Source: an uncultured archaeon (GTDB lineage: Archaea > Asgardarchaeota > Thorarchaeia > Thorarchaeales > Thorarchaeaceae). From it: a stretch of DNA of 56,004 bases. The translations under genes and the position numbers were made by a program. Positions within the stretch are counted from its first letter, which is position 1; each line of letters starts with the position of its first letter. Positions 9,715-19,362 of the stretch are shown in pieces. The stretch spans positions 1 through 56,004 of the forward strand of contig CAZPWM010000008.1 in the NCBI GenBank assembly GCA_964590575.1, read 5' to 3'. Below the pieces are notes generated by a model, which worked only from the letters and a program-made list of their open reading frames with translations, had not been told where the DNA came from and ran no database searches.

Positions 9715-12700
9715 GAACTCAGATGATGCAGAACGGTACTCAGACCATGAGGAGCGAGAGAGGACAGAAGACCCGGAGCGAGAGGAGTCCTCTGAGGACT
9801 TGGAGAAAGAAGCTCAGGAAGCAGTTGATGATATAGAACGTCGCAGGGCTGCAGACAATGTAGCCAATGAGGCTGCTGATGAGCTTGATGAGGTGGAGTC
9901 CAGAGACCCTGAGGATGTTGAGAAGAATGAGTTTGACAAGGAACAGTCAATGGAGGATGACATAGGTCATGACATTGATGAGGCTCGTGACGACCTGCAC
10001 GATAGGTTCGTCAACGACATGGAGCGACAGCTTGATGGGGCTTCAACCAAAGACGTAGAGGGAGATGAGACCAATTCAGAAGGGTCATCCTCAGAGATGA
10101 CCGAGTCAAATGAGTCCTATCATGACGCAGGGGATGGGATGGCTTATGCCGTGCAAACAGAGAACGGTTCCGGAGAGGTTGAGGAGGAAACACAGGAGGT
10201 CTCAGAACCAGAGTCACAAGAACCCGTTGAACAACAGACTGAGTCAGAGGAAATTGAAGAGCCGGGTACTGAGAGGGGCATCAATCGAATAACCCGTCAG
10301 GAATCCGAGGAGGGTGAAACAACCACCTCATCTGAGACTCAAGAGACCCACGAGCCTAGGACATCAAGTTCCAGTCCTGAGGTGTCAGAGACCGAGGTGG
10401 AAGATACACAAGAGATCAATGAGTGGCATGCAGAGTCTGAACCTGCTGCATCCACTAAGGAACAGGATCAGCACGAGTACGAGACTAATGACCTCTCGGA
10501 ACCGGATGAGGAGAGTCAGCGTGAGGGAGAACCTGTAGAGGCCGATGAACCAGATGCAGGGTCTGAAGACCTTGAACAAGAGATTGAGGACATTCTCGAG
10601 TCCCTTGAAAAACCAGAGGGAGAACCATTAGCACACAAAGAACCTGAGACTGAAGTAGAGTCTGTTGAGCACGCTGAGGAACTGACTGTTGACCATGAAA
10701 CACCTGAGCAGGAGCTGTCTGAGGCACAAGAGGTTGAGTCTGAAAAGGCAGAAACAAGCGAGGTCCCCGCAGAAGATGAGCCACTCCCCGAAACCCTTGA
10801 AGAGTTTGTGGAGCGGGTCAAGGAGATTCTGGATGAGTGGACGGAGGAGGATGACAGGTATGACTATGTTCAGGACCCTCTGACCGGCGAGATACAGCGT
10901 GTCCCGAAGATCCTTGCAGAGTATGAGTCAGATGAACAGAAGCAGCGTCGGAAGATCAGGAGCCTCTTTGCAGAACTCTCAGAGGAGGAGCGTGAGCGGT
11001 TCAAGGAGCTTGTCCGGGAGAGTGCTGAGAGCGAGGATGAGCGCTCTGCAGAGGCTGTTGAACGGGCTTGGAATCAGGTGGTAGCGAAAGCTGAGCAGGA
11101 GCGAGAGGAGATGCTTGAGGAAGTCAGGCAGGTGCTTGAAGACCCGGAGGTGATGCAACTCCTTGAGGGAATTACAGAGGGGGAGAATAAGAGCCACACG
11201 AGTGTAGAGTATGCTGAGGATGATGAGATGGATGAGGAGGACTCCCTTGAGCAGTTCCTGATGCGAGAGGAGTCCAGACTGCGGGTCTGGATACCCAAGG
11301 TCAACGGGGAGCTGGTCGAGTCCATCGAGCAGTTGGAGGAGCTGGTCAGGGAGAGGTATCCCGGTCTCTTGAGGCACAAGGACTATGCTAAGTACATCCG
11401 ACAGGCTGCACTCCATCTCGAACTGGTGGAGCGTTTTCAGAACGAGGAGTTGAAACGTGGTGACATCGCGAGCATCTCCAAGGAGACCGGGGAGTCTCCC
11501 ACCACCGTCAAGCGGTGGCTCATCGAGGGTGCTAAGCCCCGGATTTGCCATTACCTCACACGGAATCCACTGGATGACCGAGAGGAGCGGGTGGCCAAGA
11601 TCTTGTCCTCGTTGAATGGCGTAACCGACATGGAGACCCTCGAGCGGCGACTCAGAACACTTTTTCTCTATGGTGCGTTGGAGCGTTCAAAGAGCCATGC
11701 CAGGGATCTCGACCGGGCGATGCTGTTCTTTGATTTTCTGGACGAGTACGCCAAAGGTGGGATCCTCAAGAGTATCGCAAAACGACTTGGGATTGGGAAG
11801 AGCACGGTCTGGGAGTGGTTCAATGGTTCGCAACTGCCCTCCTATGTTCGGATGGCTGCTACAATCCCGAGCGAATCACCTGGTCCAGGGAAGAAGTGGT
11901 TGCCTCTACGACTCAACTCGCGCACCAATCTCCCCGAGCGGTTCATTCAGGTCCCGGAGGTGGTCAATTCGGAGGAGGACCTGCTCTCAGTCCTGCGACA
12001 TCTCCAGAGTCTTAGCACCCCCGAGATAAAAGATTTCGAGAAGAAGTACGGGAGAGAGCCCACACATCTGGCGTTCATGTATCTTCTTGGACTCATTGTG
12101 TCTGATGGAGGATTTGATTCTGACTCTGACCAGTCAGCTAGGGTTGTTTTGTACGCGTCTAAGAAGTATCGTTGGAGCCTCAGGTTGGGCAGGGCATTCT
12201 CAAACGCAATGGGTAGGATAGGCATGAATGTGGAACGTAGGGCTGATGAAACCAAAATCAAGAATGGAAAGACCATCGTATGTAAAGTATGGGCGAGTCA
12301 GGCCAGTCCTCTTCTTCGCTGGGTGAAGGAGGTGTTGCTTGGATTGGAACGGTTTCATTCGAAGAAAGAGAGCCCCATTGATGCTGAATGGATTCTGAAA
12401 ATGCCTCGTGACTATCGGGTTGCATTCTTGCAGGGTCTTGCAGATGGGGATGGGTACGCTTCCATCAAATCATTCTGTTTGGGAATTGCATCTAAGCCCA
12501 ATCGGGATTTCATCAGCAAACTTCTCTCGACCCTTGATATACACTCAAACTCGAAAAAGACAAAAGTAGTAATAAATAGACAAGAGGACATAATCAAGGC
12601 AAGTAGTCTTCCCCTTTTCAGACATGCCACAAGTCGTAAGAGGAATCATGATGAACTTTGCAAGATAATCGGCTTACTGGATAGGAGTCATGGCAAAGTT

Positions 12701-12856
12701 CCTGAGAGAGATCGCAAGATCATAATGAAACTTCACAATCAAGGTTTCTCTTTTGGTGAGATAACCGAGAAACTCTGGTTTGATTATGGGATTGCTCGTT
12801 CTACGAGCAGCGTCGAAAGAATTGTCAGTCGCCATAATAGAAACCAAAGTCCTTGA
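9704..12856 (+). CDS. Large protein: Glu/Asp-rich low-complexity N-half, two HTH-containing repeats, double-motif LAGLIDADG endonuclease-like domain, C-terminal HTH
   Basis: TTG 9704 with GGGGT RBS, overlapping the ATPase stop. Motifs 'YLLGLIVSDGG' (~12080) and 'FLQGLADGDG' (~12425); HTHs 'ISKETGESPTTVKRW' and 'IAKRLGIGKSTVWEW'. Confidence 0.85.
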   Translation: MPYENSDDAERYSDHEERERTEDPEREESSEDLEKEAQEAVDDIERRRAADNVANEAADELDEVESRDPEDVEKNEFDKEQSMEDDIGHDIDEARDDLHDRFVNDMERQLDGASTKDVEGDETNSEGSSSEMTESNESYHDAGDGMAYAVQTENGSGEVEEETQEVSEPESQEPVEQQTESEEIEEPGTERGINRITRQESEEGETTTSSETQETHEPRTSSSSPEVSETEVEDTQEINEWHAESEPAASTKEQDQHEYETNDLSEPDEESQREGEPVEADEPDAGSEDLEQEIEDILESLEKPEGEPLAHKEPETEVESVEHAEELTVDHETPEQELSEAQEVESEKAETSEVPAEDEPLPETLEEFVERVKEILDEWTEEDDRYDYVQDPLTGEIQRVPKILAEYESDEQKQRRKIRSLFAELSEEERERFKELVRESAESEDERSAEAVERAWNQVVAKAEQEREEMLEEVRQVLEDPEVMQLLEGITEGENKSHTSVEYAEDDEMDEEDSLEQFLMREESRLRVWIPKVNGELVESIEQLEELVRERYPGLLRHKDYAKYIRQAALHLELVERFQNEELKRGDIASISKETGESPTTVKRWLIEGAKPRICHYLTRNPLDDREERVAKILSSLNGVTDMETLERRLRTLFLYGALERSKSHARDLDRAMLFFDFLDEYAKGGILKSIAKRLGIGKSTVWEWFNGSQLPSYVRMAATIPSESPGPGKKWLPLRLNSRTNLPERFIQVPEVVNSEEDLLSVLRHLQSLSTPEIKDFEKKYGREPTHLAFMYLLGLIVSDGGFDSDSDQSARVVLYASKKYRWSLRLGRAFSNAMGRIGMNVERRADETKIKNGKTIVCKVWASQASPLLRWVKEVLLGLERFHSKKESPIDAEWILKMPRDYRVAFLQGLADGDGYASIKSFCLGIASKPNRDFISKLLSTLDIHSNSKKTKVVINRQEDIIKASSLPLFRHATSRKRNHDELCKIIGLLDRSHGKVPERDRKIIMKLHNQGFSFGEITEKLWFDYGIARSTSSVERIVSRHNRNQSP

Positions 12857-12869
12857 ACCATTGGAAGAC

Positions 12870-12892
12870 TTAATAAACCTCACAGGGTGAGG
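12870..12892 (+). promoter_or_regulatory. Putative sec61beta promoter with adjacent palindrome
   Basis: TTAATAAA followed by CCTCAC-AGG-GTGAGG. Confidence 0.45.
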
Positions 12893-12921
12893 ACAGCCAT
12901 CCTTTACGTAGGTGATACTTG

Positions 12922-13116
12922 ATGCCGAAGACAGCGAAGAAGAGAAAAGGAAAGCGTGGGGAAGGCCCGATGCCTTCAGGTGGCGCGGGCTTAATTCGCT
13001 TCTTCGAAGACGAGACGCCAGGCATCAAGGTAGGGCCGACGATGGTAGTGATTCTGGCGGGCATACTTCTGATAGCCACCGTGATTGCGCACATCGCTGC
13101 TTTGGCCGCTGCATAA
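12922..13116 (+). CDS. secG: Preprotein translocase subunit Sec61beta
   Basis: 'GAGLIRFFEDETPGIKVGP' followed by a C-terminal TM; GGTGA RBS. Confidence 0.93.
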   Translation: MPKTAKKRKGKRGEGPMPSGGAGLIRFFEDETPGIKVGPTMVVILAGILLIATVIAHIAALAAA

Positions 13117-13205
13117 TGATTCTGAGCGTCGGTTCAGAAGGAACATGCCCTAATGATTATAAAGGACTCTAGGCCGTTTCGCACGGTCAAGACTGGTGAC
13201 TGACA

Positions 13206-13487
13206 ATGAACATGAAGAGCGAACTGAACAAATACTGTCCCCGGTGTAAGAAGTACACTATACATAGTGTTTCGATCGGAAAAGCAGGCAAGAGACGTAG
13301 TATGGCTGCAGGAGAACGCCGGATGAAGAGGAAAACTCGGGGATATGGGTCATTTCCAAAACCAATCCAGAAGAGGTTCGCAAAGACGACTAAGAAGACA
13401 GTTCTAAGGTTCAAATGTAAGGAATGTGAGCACATAATCCAGTCTAAGGGTATGCGGCTGAAAAAGGTCGAGGTTCAGAAGGTGTAG
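13206..13487 (+). CDS. rpl44e: 50S ribosomal protein L44e
   Basis: 'YCPRCKKYTIH', 'GYGSFPKP', 'KTTKK..LRFKCKEC'; conserved order rpl44e-rps27e-aIF2a-nop10. Confidence 0.96.
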   Translation: MNMKSELNKYCPRCKKYTIHSVSIGKAGKRRSMAAGERRMKRKTRGYGSFPKPIQKRFAKTTKKTVLRFKCKECEHIIQSKGMRLKKVEVQKV

Positions 13488-13496
13488 GTGATTGAT

Positions 13497-13697
13497 GTGC
13501 CTAGAGATGATATAGTTCAACAACCAAGATCGCGGTTTCTCAAGGTGAAATGTCTTGACTGCGAAAACGAACAGATTATTTTCGGACATGCTAGCACAGA
13601 AGTAAAATGTTTGAAGTGTCAAAAGGTGTTGGCAAAGCCTAGTGGTGGAAAAGCAAAGCTGGAGCCAACCGCAAGAGAGATTGAGGTGCTACCGTAG
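13497..13697 (+). CDS. rps27e: 30S ribosomal protein S27e
   Basis: 'PRSRFLKVKCLDCENEQIIFGHAST.V.C..C...LAKPSGGKA'. Confidence 0.96.
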   Translation: MPRDDIVQQPRSRFLKVKCLDCENEQIIFGHASTEVKCLKCQKVLAKPSGGKAKLEPTAREIEVLP

Positions 13698-13709
13698 GGA
13701 GTAGAGAGA

Positions 13710-14504
13710 ATGGTTCTGAAACGTGCTGAATGGCCTCTTGAGGACGAGTTTGCCATTGCAGTTGCCACTAAAGTGGCTAATTATGGAGCCTACGTTGTTC
13801 TGCCAGAATTTGGAGAGAAAGAAGGTTTCATTCACATCTCAGAAGTAAGCAGCACATGGGTCAGGAACATTCGTAATCATATCCACGAGAATCAGCGCGT
13901 TGTTGTTAAGGTTTTGAAAGTAGACGCTGAAAAGAAGCACATTGATTGTTCTCTCCGGAGAGTGTCTGCCGAGGCTAAGAGAACAAAGAACAACGAGTGG
14001 AAACGAGCTCAGAAAGCAGAAAAGCTACTCGAACTCATCGCTAAAGAAAATGGCATGTCACTTGAAGAGGTCTATGAAAAGATTGGCTGGCCAATTGAGG
14101 ATGAGTTTGGAGAAATCTACAAAGGACTTGAACTCGCTTCCGATGGCAACATTGATGTCTTTGAGAATGTGGTCGCAACTAAGAAGCTACGAAAGCAAGT
14201 GGTCGACCTCGCAAAGCAGAGAATTGAGATTCCATCTGTGGAAATTGATGGAGAGATGACAATCACAGTCCCTGGTCCAAACGGAATTGAAGTGATCAAG
14301 AACGCTTTGTATGATGGTATTACCGAGGGGAAGAAACGAGAAAAATCCACGACTGAGATATACACGCTTGGCTCACCTAGATACAAGCTTAGGATTGTCA
14401 GTCCCGACTACAAAGAGGCTGAGGATTTACTTTCGGATATCCTCGCTCTGATCACGAAAACTGTAGAAAACGGGTCGGGTAGCATTAGTTTTGTAAGAAA
14501 GTAG
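13710..14504 (+). CDS. eif2a: Translation initiation factor 2 subunit alpha
   Basis: S1 domain 'YGAYV.L.E...KEGFIHISEVSSTWVRNI'; 'LGSPRY'. Confidence 0.96.
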   Translation: MVLKRAEWPLEDEFAIAVATKVANYGAYVVLPEFGEKEGFIHISEVSSTWVRNIRNHIHENQRVVVKVLKVDAEKKHIDCSLRRVSAEAKRTKNNEWKRAQKAEKLLELIAKENGMSLEEVYEKIGWPIEDEFGEIYKGLELASDGNIDVFENVVATKKLRKQVVDLAKQRIEIPSVEIDGEMTITVPGPNGIEVIKNALYDGITEGKKREKSTTEIYTLGSPRYKLRIVSPDYKEAEDLLSDILALITKTVENGSGSISFVRK

Positions 14505-14523
14505 GGAGTTGAGTTGGTCTACA

Positions 14524-14700
14524 ATGACGCATCTCTACAAGTGCAGTAAATGCGAACAATACACACTTGAACATGATAAATGTCCAAGGTGCGGAGAAGC
14601 TGTTTCTAGCCCAAAGCCATCAAAATATAGTCCTCAAGACAAATATGGTGGCTATCGCAGAAAGGCAAAACGTAAGACCCAACATCTTTCCTCTGATTGA
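14524..14700 (+). CDS. nop10: H/ACA RNP protein Nop10
   Basis: 'KCSKCEQYTL...CPRCG...PKPSKYSPQDKYGGYRR'; follows aIF2a. Confidence 0.93.
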   Translation: MTHLYKCSKCEQYTLEHDKCPRCGEAVSSPKPSKYSPQDKYGGYRRKAKRKTQHLSSD

Positions 14701-14765
14701 TTGATTTTGTAAAAAGAAGAGGACTTGGCGATTGATTCTAAGACCAACCGCCAGTCTGTTGGTTT

Positions 14766-17492
14766 CTAATGCAGTTGAACGGGTACCCAGAAAGTATTCC
14801 AGTTTACTGTGAATGAGGGTTCTCCATGGTTCACATTGTTCCACCAGAGTAATCTAATCTGGTAGTTCATTCCAGGTGACATTTGAAGATCCTGAGGATC
14901 GCCTCCGTCCAGAGGAATCAGGAACTCGATCACGTTGCCAGCTGAGGCAAACTCTGATGAGTTGGTTCCAGTAGAGTCTTCAGCCCAAGTACCATCGTAA
15001 CGAATATGTCCATCAAAGTTCTGACCATTGTAGTTCACAATTCGTAAGTCAGAGCTGAGTGGTGAGTTCAATGGTGCAATCTGAAGACCAAGTGCATCAT
15101 CACCGATTGTGTAGTTATCCATTTGGATACCATAATACATGTGTGTGGAATTGGATTGTGTATAGACTTGAGCCTTATAACCTGCACCAAACGAAACGGA
15201 GTGGCTTGGAAAAGCCAGTTCAGACTCTGCGAGAGCCCCATCAATATTGATGTTCATCGCACCGTTAGAAAGGCCAAGATTCCAGTCAGATTGTGTGCGA
15301 TTCAACCACTGCTCATACATGGTATAGTCAATCGCATAGATTTTTACTGTTCCATAACCAGAGCTATAGTACAGGTCTGTGAAGCTACCATAGAGGGACA
15401 CAGGCATATGTGATGTCCAATCAGTATCCTGCCAGAGAATCTGATCAACACTCTGTCGAACCTCGGGAACATCAATTTGAGTAGCCTCATCTTGGTTTCT
15501 TGGTTCACCGTACACCATTAGTTTGAACAGTGTGGATGAGTAGAAGGCTTCTTGAGTCGCATCATTAGTGCCAAGGTAAGTTGCATCGTCAATAACTGCA
15601 CTACCTAACATGTCCTCTGCAATTCTGACCATCCAAGGCCACTTGCCTTCATCACCACCGAAATTAGAGTAGCGGTGTCCGAAGTATATGAGTACATGTG
15701 TCGTATTCCAACTCTTGAAGGTCCTAAGAGACTCCGTGAGGTTGAGTGCCATGAGCGCATACCCAATCTTAGCAATTTGCGTACTATTAAACGTCGCATT
15801 ATCCACTATCGTCATTTTACCAGTCGCGCTGTTTATCCAATATCCATAATCCCACCAACTCGCTATTATTGCATCATCTGGTAACACATTACGGATATAG
15901 GTCATTGCGGTCTGCCAATCAGTTGCTTGTCCAGATTGTGATAAGGGTGCACTTGCGAATTCTGGTCTTCCAACCTGCATATCTACATATTGTACACCAA
16001 GTATGATGTTGATTGAAAGAAGTAATCCAACAAATGCAAATGCAGTAAGTGCGTGTTCTGATGTCAGTGATGAACTCATCCTGAATCTTCGTCTTTCAAA
16101 CACAGACTTCTGGGTAACAACTTTTGCAAATGGCGCTAGAATGTTGTACGTGGCTACAGCGGCCAAGATTGCAACTCCAGGAGCTAGAATCAGATTCAAA
16201 CGAATCATGCTACCAGCAAAATACACGGATGTCAGACCATAAAGAAGCATAAGCCAATCTTCGTCACGACCTCTCTTGAAGAGGAAATACATTCCAAGTG
16301 GGAAGAAGAATATCAAGATTAGAAGAATGTTGTAAAAGCTACCCCATGGACTTGGCAGATGCTCAGCGACTGATGCAAGAATCCTCTGGTCGAGACGAGT
16401 AAATGGATTGATTACTGTAAGAAACTTGGCACCAATCTGAATCAATGGATTCGAGTTGTATGGTCTGATTTCAAGCTCTGTTCCACTACTATACAACAGG
16501 TAAGCACCGATACCAACAACTGGAACGAGTAGACCAGTAAGAATTGGCTTGATATGAGGAGCTAGTGCTGTTGCTGTTGTTTCACGATAGCTTCCAATCC
16601 TAAGCCAGATCTCATAGATTGCTAGGAGCGCGCCAATCCCAATAGGAGCAATAACTGTGAAGTCAGTGAGACTGCCAAAGCCATTCCGCGGAACAAGGGC
16701 TCCGATGAAAATGCCCAGTGATATTGTCAGGAGGTATGATGTCAAGAGACGTCGACTATATCGTCCCATCACTAACATTATGAAACCATATAATGCAAAG
16801 AGGCCCAACATGAACTCAGATGCACCCCAAGACACTTGTAAATACCCAAGGGCAAGACCAGCACCAATAGATGCGGGTACCGAGCCTCGCTTCAATCCAC
16901 GTATGAATAGGAATGTGGTGAGTACAATCGCGAAAACTCCTACGCATTCATTATCATAGAAACCCGCAACGGTTCGTGTTATGAAAGCTGGTATGAAAGC
17001 TGTGAACAGTCCTGCGAAAAGTCCTACTGTGTTGTTTGAGAGCTCTCTTCCAAGGAAGAAGGCAACAACTGCAGTCAGGGCACCCATAAAAGCTGGCAAG
17101 AGCAGAGATACTGTTAGAACATCGACGTGGATTCCAATCCCGTTTAGCAGGAAATAGAAGAATGCACTTGTAAATGGAACTCCAACATAGCTTGTTTTAG
17201 CCATATCACGACCGAATGGGACCCAAGTGGTGTCGTCATACCATGTGAAGAAAGCACCGAATCCGTTGTCAGCGACATAATCCGTCACTTTTAGCTGGAA
17301 CCAGGGGTCAAACGCGCGAACAATTGGTTGAGCATTAAACAGGGGCTCAATACGGAGCAAGAGTGCTGTCGTGAATATCAGAAGAAGTATCACAACAAGC
17401 ATGATAGAACCGCGTGAAATCTTTGACTTGGGTCTGTGGAATATTTTCCGGAGAAATCTTCCAGTAGACCTTGTGAACTTGCTAAATGACAT
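14766..17492 (-). CDS. aglB: Oligosaccharyltransferase catalytic subunit (AglB/STT3) with extra C-terminal beta domain
   Basis: 'FDPWF', 'GFYDNE', 'SVAEH', 'WWDYG', 'DNAT'; many TM helices. Confidence 0.95.
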   Translation of the reverse strand: MSFSKFTRSTGRFLRKIFHRPKSKISRGSIMLVVILLLIFTTALLLRIEPLFNAQPIVRAFDPWFQLKVTDYVADNGFGAFFTWYDDTTWVPFGRDMAKTSYVGVPFTSAFFYFLLNGIGIHVDVLTVSLLLPAFMGALTAVVAFFLGRELSNNTVGLFAGLFTAFIPAFITRTVAGFYDNECVGVFAIVLTTFLFIRGLKRGSVPASIGAGLALGYLQVSWGASEFMLGLFALYGFIMLVMGRYSRRLLTSYLLTISLGIFIGALVPRNGFGSLTDFTVIAPIGIGALLAIYEIWLRIGSYRETTATALAPHIKPILTGLLVPVVGIGAYLLYSSGTELEIRPYNSNPLIQIGAKFLTVINPFTRLDQRILASVAEHLPSPWGSFYNILLILIFFFPLGMYFLFKRGRDEDWLMLLYGLTSVYFAGSMIRLNLILAPGVAILAAVATYNILAPFAKVVTQKSVFERRRFRMSSSLTSEHALTAFAFVGLLLSINIILGVQYVDMQVGRPEFASAPLSQSGQATDWQTAMTYIRNVLPDDAIIASWWDYGYWINSATGKMTIVDNATFNSTQIAKIGYALMALNLTESLRTFKSWNTTHVLIYFGHRYSNFGGDEGKWPWMVRIAEDMLGSAVIDDATYLGTNDATQEAFYSSTLFKLMVYGEPRNQDEATQIDVPEVRQSVDQILWQDTDWTSHMPVSLYGSFTDLYYSSGYGTVKIYAIDYTMYEQWLNRTQSDWNLGLSNGAMNINIDGALAESELAFPSHSVSFGAGYKAQVYTQSNSTHMYYGIQMDNYTIGDDALGLQIAPLNSPLSSDLRIVNYNGQNFDGHIRYDGTWAEDSTGTNSSEFASAGNVIEFLIPLDGGDPQDLQMSPGMNYQIRLLWWNNVNHGEPSFTVNWNTFWVPVQLH

Positions 17493-17669
17493 TTAGGGTA
17501 CAGTCTCCAAGTTCTTTCGAACTATCGGCAGCGATTTTGTGATTCGCTAAAAAGGTTGCTGTTGATTGTAAACTCGTCCTATACAGAAAACCGTGTCTAG
17601 AAGTGAGAATAGAGGCGTCGGATGGAGGGTAACCTCTTTCGTATCATTTTCTCATTGATTCTATGGAAT

Positions 17670-18065
17670 TCAAAGAGACTCAATGAACTCTTTGTATGCT
17701 GCAGGATCCATAAGACCCGCAAGGTCAGCATCAAGGTTTGATGGTTTGAGTTTGAACATCCAACCCTTGCCGTATGGGTCTTCGTTGACTATCTCTGGAG
17801 CATCTTCTAATTCACTATTCACTTCGACGATTTCACCGCCCACGGGTGAAAAGATGTCTGATGATGCTTTCATGGACTCAACTAACCCGCACTCACTATT
17901 AGACTCTAAAGAAGTACCAACTTCAGATATTTCTACAAATGTGATCTCGTGGAGGGAGTTTTGAGCAAAGTCTGTTATGCCAACAACGACTAGGTCGCCT
18001 TCGACCTTAATCCACTCATGATCCTTGCTATATTTTCTATCATCCTTAACCTCGGTATCGCTCAT
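17670..18065 (-). CDS. gcvH: Glycine cleavage system H protein
   Basis: 'HEWI', 'VGITDFAQ', lipoyl-Lys 'VESMKA', 'VNEDPYGKGW'. Confidence 0.96.
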   Translation of the reverse strand: MSDTEVKDDRKYSKDHEWIKVEGDLVVVGITDFAQNSLHEITFVEISEVGTSLESNSECGLVESMKASSDIFSPVGGEIVEVNSELEDAPEIVNEDPYGKGWMFKLKPSNLDADLAGLMDPAAYKEFIESL

Positions 18066-18115
18066 TAGGTCCACCTACACGTTGTGATGAGCTAACTCGG
18101 TTTAAATGAGTTTGG

Positions 18116-19264
18116 TTATTGTGTCCGGGATACTCCATAGACCTCAGGATTATAGAATGGCCACTTTGTAACCTCTGCTTTTCTCATTCTTCCTTTGATA
18201 TCAATCGCCACAGTGTCACCCATATTGACTGATTCAGGCTTAACATAAGCAAGAGCAATCCCCTTGTTCAGTATTGGTGACAGCCCTCCACTGCTGACTT
18301 CTCCTATCACTTCACCGTTCAAAAGAACAGGATAGTGTTCCCTCGGAATTCCGCGATCAATCATAACTAACCCAATACGAGTCTTTCTGATTCCACCCTC
18401 ATTCTTATGTTGTTTTACAACATCAAACCCAATGTATTGCGGTTCAACCTTAAATTTCACAGCATATGGAATTCCTGCTTCAATTGGAGAAGTGTCCTCG
18501 TCAAGCTCATGGCCATAAAGGACGAATCCGGCCTCAAGTCTCGTTGAGTCTCTTGCTCCAAGTCCACAGGGTTTTACTCCGAACTCCTTGCCCGCTTTCA
18601 AGAGTTCATCCCAGAACGAAATTGCCTTTTGTTTGCCTTCATCATTGAATGGAGTATCTAGAACAAGAATCTCTACTCCATCTTCGCCCGTGTAACCGGT
18701 TCTACAAAGATAGCAATCATATCCAGCAAGCTTGAGTCTATAGCAGGAGAATCTACGATATTCACTGATATCACTATTAGTAATTCTCTTTATGAGGGGG
18801 AGTGCTTTGGGACCTTGAACAGCGATCATGGTGATATCTCTAGATTTATCAACCACCTCAACTTCAAAGTTTGATGAGTGTTTCATCAGATGCTCATGGA
18901 TCTTAGGCCCATTTGATGCATTTGTAATCCAGATGTATTCATCTTCTCCTACCCTATAGAGCGTAAGGTCATCATGAATCCCACCGTGTTCATTTAGACA
19001 GGTGGTGTAATGGCCTTCATTTATTTCCAGCTTGCTGACATTGTTTGTGGTGAGTTTCTGGAGAAACACTTGTGCTTGTGGGCCCTTGATAAGGAAACGG
19101 GACATGTGAGTCGTATCAAACAAGCCAACACTGTTTCTTACGGTCATGTGTTCCTCTCGAATATCGGTGTAGCGAACAGGCATTTCCCATCCTGCGAAAG
19201 GAATCACATCGCCATGTTTCACATGCCAATCATAAAGATGCGTGCGCTTCAGTGTGTCATTCAT
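18116..19264 (-). CDS. gcvT: Glycine cleavage system T protein (aminomethyltransferase)
   Basis: 'FAGWEMP', 'RTGYTGEDG', 'GLGARDSTRLEAG'. Confidence 0.96.
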   Translation of the reverse strand: MNDTLKRTHLYDWHVKHGDVIPFAGWEMPVRYTDIREEHMTVRNSVGLFDTTHMSRFLIKGPQAQVFLQKLTTNNVSKLEINEGHYTTCLNEHGGIHDDLTLYRVGEDEYIWITNASNGPKIHEHLMKHSSNFEVEVVDKSRDITMIAVQGPKALPLIKRITNSDISEYRRFSCYRLKLAGYDCYLCRTGYTGEDGVEILVLDTPFNDEGKQKAISFWDELLKAGKEFGVKPCGLGARDSTRLEAGFVLYGHELDEDTSPIEAGIPYAVKFKVEPQYIGFDVVKQHKNEGGIRKTRIGLVMIDRGIPREHYPVLLNGEVIGEVSSGGLSPILNKGIALAYVKPESVNMGDTVAIDIKGRMRKAEVTKWPFYNPEVYGVSRTQ

Positions 19265-19362
19265 GTCAATTCACCGAATGTGTGCTTCAACAAGTGGTCG
19301 TAGCGGATTCAGCTACCATTTTATTTCCTTCTATGAAGCTGTGTAACTAGAGGTATTATCAC

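Larger units (their letters stand above)
6209..12856 (+). mobile_element. Putative accessory island: membrane HerA/VirB4-like ATPase plus acidic HTH-LAGLIDADG protein
   Basis: Visibly GC-richer than the flanks; two overlapping co-oriented genes between the mazG remnant and the sec61beta promoter. No integrase or terminal repeats found. Confidence 0.55.

Noticed and set aside
12050-12700. Intein or intron as the source of the LAGLIDADG domain
   Set aside because: No recognisable Hint blocks or His-Asn/Cys-Ser-Thr junction, and no host gene resumes afterwards.
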